Under the pieces are notes generated by a model. The model did not search any database. It saw only the letters and a list, made by a program, of their open reading frames with translations, and had not been told where the DNA came from. From assembly GCF_009914755.1 (NCBI RefSeq), contig NC_060937.1: a DNA stretch of 64,000 nt; one strand, given 5' to 3'. Shown here piece after piece: positions 59,590 to 64,000 of this stretch (its first letter is position 1; every line of letters begins with the position of its first letter). The position numbers and the translations under genes are program-made. The DNA is from the human T2T-CHM13v2.0 reference genome, Homo sapiens.

Positions 59590-60030
59590 ATGAAGTGGCC
59601 TCTGCATCTTGGCCAGCATGGCTGTAGGAGGTCTAATTCCTGCTGACTTCTTCAATTTAATTTCACATCATTTCTCCTTCACCCACTTCATGCTAGTCAC
59701 AGGGCCCATCTTTCAGTTTCTCATTTTCCTGAGGTCTTTGCATATAGTCTTCCTTCCGCAAGAAAGCTCTTTCCCTTCCAGGATTTTTGTCTTCTTCTCA
59801 TTCATTAGGATCCCCTTGCCTTCTTTAATTATTCCATCCATACACAACCCCATGTTATTCTCTATTTCATCATGCTCTTCTTTTTATTTCACTTCCTATT
59901 TTGCAATGATGTGTTTGATGATTATTTATTGTCATCCTCTCACTGAGTTAAAGGCAGATGCTTCGTTTTGCTCACCATTGCACAACCAGTCACTCCCTGG
60001 GTCTGAGTAAACAACTGTTAAATGAATAGA
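59590..60030 (+). mobile_element. L2 fragment
   Basis: Pyrimidine-rich L2-like body ending gctcaccattg...ccctgg...actgttaaatgaat. Confidence 0.45.
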
Positions 60031-60329
60031 AAAATTAATTAATAATCCAGGTATGTAAAGTCCTTAGTCAAGTGTATGCCACATGACAATAAAAACTTAA
60101 AAAATTAAAGCTTAATAAAACTTAAACAATAAAAGCTTAATAAAACCTATTTTTATTACCACAGTATTGATGGCCTCAAGTTATTATTGCTAAATATGTA
60201 TATAAATGTATGGGGAATATCTAAAGAATGGTGAGAAGTTTGGGCATTTTCTACATGATTATCATATATATTCTTAGGCTGATTCAAATTATTCACAATT
60301 TAACGTAAATCCCCAAATAAACATGCAAA

Positions 60330-60910
60330 AGAATAATAAATATATGAAAAGATATTAAAACCAACTGAAAAATATGGAAACAACAATGAGATGTCATTTT
60401 TCAACTATAAGATTGGCAAAGACAGAAAACGTTGATACTATTTTGTATTGGCAAGTATATGGAAAAATGGACCCTCATGGATATTTCTGAAGGGCAAATG
60501 AGATAATACATAATGAAGTTTCAAATATGCGTGCATACCTGGGACCAGAATTTCAGTCCCAGGAAATTACACTATAAAAAAAGGACAAGATTTAAAAATT
60601 TGTATATAAGAATATTTAATCCAGGATTTTCATAATACAAAAAATTTAGAACTTTATAATAAATACTTTATTATAATGCAGAAAATTTGGGAATAACTGT
60701 ATTATAAATAATGTTGTATTTATAACTGCTAAGCATAAACTGATACAACAAGCTTAGAAAACAATTTGACATTATCTTAAAAGTTTAACCTGACCATGTC
60801 CTGTAGCCAAAAAATTCCAATCTTTAGGTATATATTTTAGAGAAACTTGTACATGACCTACAAGAGACATACAAGAATGTTCTTAGCAACATTGTAATAC
60901 CAAAACTGTT
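60330..60910 (+). mobile_element. Old L1ME fragments
   Basis: aaacaacaatgagatgtcattttt...agattggcaaa; aattccaatctttaggtatatattttagagaaact...caagaatgttcttagcaacattg. Confidence 0.6.
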
Positions 60911-61520
60911 TGAGATGTACCACTTTCAGCATTGTTTAAAGCATTTTAAAATTTCTATTTTTTTTTTTCTTGGATCCATGTATTATGATTAGAGAACATA
61001 ATTTGCATGATATTTATGCTTACATGATGTTGACATTTGCTTTAAGCCCTGGCACATGGTTGATTTTGTAAATGTTCTGTGCATTCTAGATAATGTTTAT
61101 TCTTCATTTGTTAGGTACAGAATTCTATTAACATATCAAATTTATTATATTCACATATTTTAAATATAGATCACTTAGAAATTTATTTAGCTATGTGTAA
61201 GTTTTTCCTTCTCCCTGCAAGAAAAATCTCTTTCCTCTTTCTCTCTTTTTTTCTCCTTCCCTGTACCCAATAGCTTCAATATTTAATGTCCTAATTGAAA
61301 GCATCTAATTCCATTTTGACGGCTTTTGTCAGCTCCATTGAAATAGTTTTATTGGGCTTGTGTTTTGTAATTGTGAGCTGTGAGCTCATCTTCCTCTGAA
61401 CCCTACATCTGGCAATTCCCTGAGGCCTAGGTATGTCTCTCTAAAGAGTTCCTTTTTGTTTTTTGTTAGGCACCCTTAAATTTGGGTATGATTTTAAATT
61501 TATCAGCCTGGGGTTTCTCA

Positions 61521-61834
<314 letters not shown>

Positions 61835-63054
61835 GAATTTAAATATATTGAATTTGAATTATATAAATTGAAATTTGAACCCCACACCTGTGTACCAGCT
61901 GACTTTAGTTGCAAGTTCTCAGAGGAGATTTTTTTCCTACCCAGTTTTCAGGGGGAACCAAAATGTAACCTTATAGTTCCCTTTGCTTTTTGATAGATTT
62001 TTCTAATCCCCTTTTTACTGATGAGGTACTTTTCCTGATCCTGAATTTATGCAGGGGGTTTAGTTCCAACTCCTGTATTTCATAGGCCCAAGGCCATGTC
62101 TCCAGTCTCTAGCACTTCATTTTATCTTAAAACCTAAACCTTCAAACTCAGGTATTTACAAAACTCTGATATCCACTACACCATTGGTCTCAGCTTACCT
62201 CTTTGGTTCCTATCTCCTTCCTAGCCTTGAGTCTTTGAGTATTTTGTATTTTGTCAGCTTTATTATGCATTTTTAAAGGGTCTGCACTAACACATTTGCT
62301 TCATGGTGCTGCTGTGAAATTAAATGAAATAATACACATACAATATTTGCTTACTGCCTGAATTATATGCAAATCTAGAGGCTTGGGTTTTAAAAACACT
62401 GGACTGAAAAAAAAAAGGAAAAAAGCATTTGGTGTGTCCTACTAGTGACAAGAAATGGTCTAAGGTTTCTATTCTACTCCCTTGAAAAGTCATCTTATAC
62501 TCTCCTGCATATTGAGTGCACAATAGACATTCAATTAGATGAAAAGAATTATCTCCCTGATTTTTCTATATGTTCATGGTTTTATACAGAATCAGTTGTA
62601 AATAGGTATGTAGAAATATCAGGTAAAGAGTTTCATTTCCTGATAGTCCATGGACTTTGGAAACCTTTGTAAGAAAGAGACTTTCACGAACAATAGGGAT
62701 ATTTCTTTGCCCCTTCTTTTTTCAATCTAATTTTCTTTCCATTGAAAGCAGCTGTGTTTTTCTCACTCTGACAATTCAGAAATCAGGATAACTCATTCTT
62801 CATAAATGCTTTAGAATATTCTGGCAGAAGCTGCTTCTGACAGTTGGCTGCTAAATGTTCAATGGTGCTTGATTATACAGAAGGTTAAAAAGACCAGTGT
62901 GATTATTTCTTTCTCTGTAAAACTGTCCCTTGTCTTATTACAAAACCGCTAATTCTCCCAGCAACCAGAGATTGTCTAAATAAACTGGAGCAGACGCAGA
63001 ATTATATAACAAGGGCAAATTATTTTTTTTTCCTGGAGAGGGGGTGACATAAAA

Positions 63055-64000
63055 AAAACAGGTTTATTAAGATATCATTCTTAAGCTACACAAGTCATAC
63101 GCTTGAAGTGTACAACACAGTGGTTTTTAGTATAGTCACAGATATGTGATGTCACTATCCCCACAGTCAATTTGTAGAACATTTTCATCACCTCAATAAG
63201 AAACTGTACACTTTAATAATCACCCCTGCTATGGTTTGAATGTGTCTCCTCCAAAATTCAGGTATTGTCAATGTGATAGTATTAAGAGGTGATCATGCCA
63301 TGAAGGCTCCTCCCTCATGAATGGGATTAGGTGCTCCTACAAAAGGGCTTGATGGAGGGAGTTCATCCCTTTTTGCCCTTCCACCTTCTACCATGTTAGA
63401 ACATGGTGTTTCTCCCTTCCAAAGGATGAAATATTCAAGGCATCATCTTGCAGATGATGCCTTGTAGAGACTGACCCCTCACCAGAAAATAAACCAAGTG
63501 GTGTTTTGATCTTGAACTTCCCAGACTGAAGAACTATGAGAAATCAATTTATGTTCTTTATAAATTATCCAGAATCAGATATTTTGTTATAGCAACACAG
63601 ACACAGACAACCACCTACCTCGTACTCCTCTCACTCTAGCCCTAAGCAGCCACTAATCTACTTTCTGTCTCTATAGATTTCTAGGGTTTGGACTTTCATG
63701 TGAATGTAATTATATAATATGTTGTCTTTTGTGATTGGCTTCTTTTGTTTAACATAATGTTTTCAAGGTTCATTCATGTTGTAGCATTTATCAGTACTTC
63801 GTTCCTGTTTATGGCCAAATAATATTCCATTTTGTGAATATACCACATTTTACTCATCCATTCATCAGTTGATGGATATTTGGGTTGTTTCTACCTTTTG
63901 ACTGTTGTGAATGATGCTGCTGTAAACATTCGTATACTAGTTTTTGTGTGGCCATATTTCATTTCTCTTGGGGATATATCTAGAAGTGCAATAGCTGGGT
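63055..64000 (-). mobile_element. L1MB-type 3' end, interrupted by MSTC and running off the window
   Basis: tttattaagatat...gaacattttcatcacctcaa; ccactaatctactttctgtctctatagattt...ttcaaggttcattcatgttgtagca. Confidence 0.82.
63227..63609 (+). mobile_element. MSTC-like ERVL-MaLR solo LTR
   Basis: tgctatggtttgaatgtgtctcctccaaaattcagg...ttctttataaattatccag...ttatagcaacaca..agaca. 5-bp TSD acccc/accac. Confidence 0.85.

Noticed and set aside
60088-60147. Degenerate aataaaa(g)cttaa repeats
   Set aside because: Low-complexity slippage in an AT-rich, MIR-like tail. The units are irregular and have no spacers, so this is not an array.

Overview
This is primate genomic DNA, human-like or catarrhine, judged from AluY/AluS and L1PA elements. 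It is AT-rich, intronic or intergenic, and dominated by transposable-element fossils. I find no intact protein-coding gene, tRNA, rRNA or CRISPR array; the ORF track is L1 ORF1/ORF2 remnants, antisense Alu frames, low-complexity frames and chance ORFs. The main content is a full-length dead L1PA6-like LINE (+, ~3130-9361), a near-full-length L1PA10-like LINE (-, 36323-42606, 18-bp TSD), a short L1PA8 3' insertion, older L1M pieces, eight full Alus, MaLR solo LTRs (MSTA, MSTC, MLT1), DNA-transposon fossils (MER103C, MER63, MER3, Tigger3a), MIR/L2 pieces and microsatellites. The most distinctive items are a 35-nt tailless U2 snRNA retrocopy with TSD (18520-18554), a nested MER103C/MLT1D/MER63 stack, a perfect fold-back hairpin inside an MSTC LTR, and a candidate 44-nt exon followed by a run of small hairpins near 55.2-55.45 kb. 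Subfamily calls rest on recalled consensus sequences and need RepeatMasker/Dfam confirmation. The sequence alone does not support a previously undescribed biological system.
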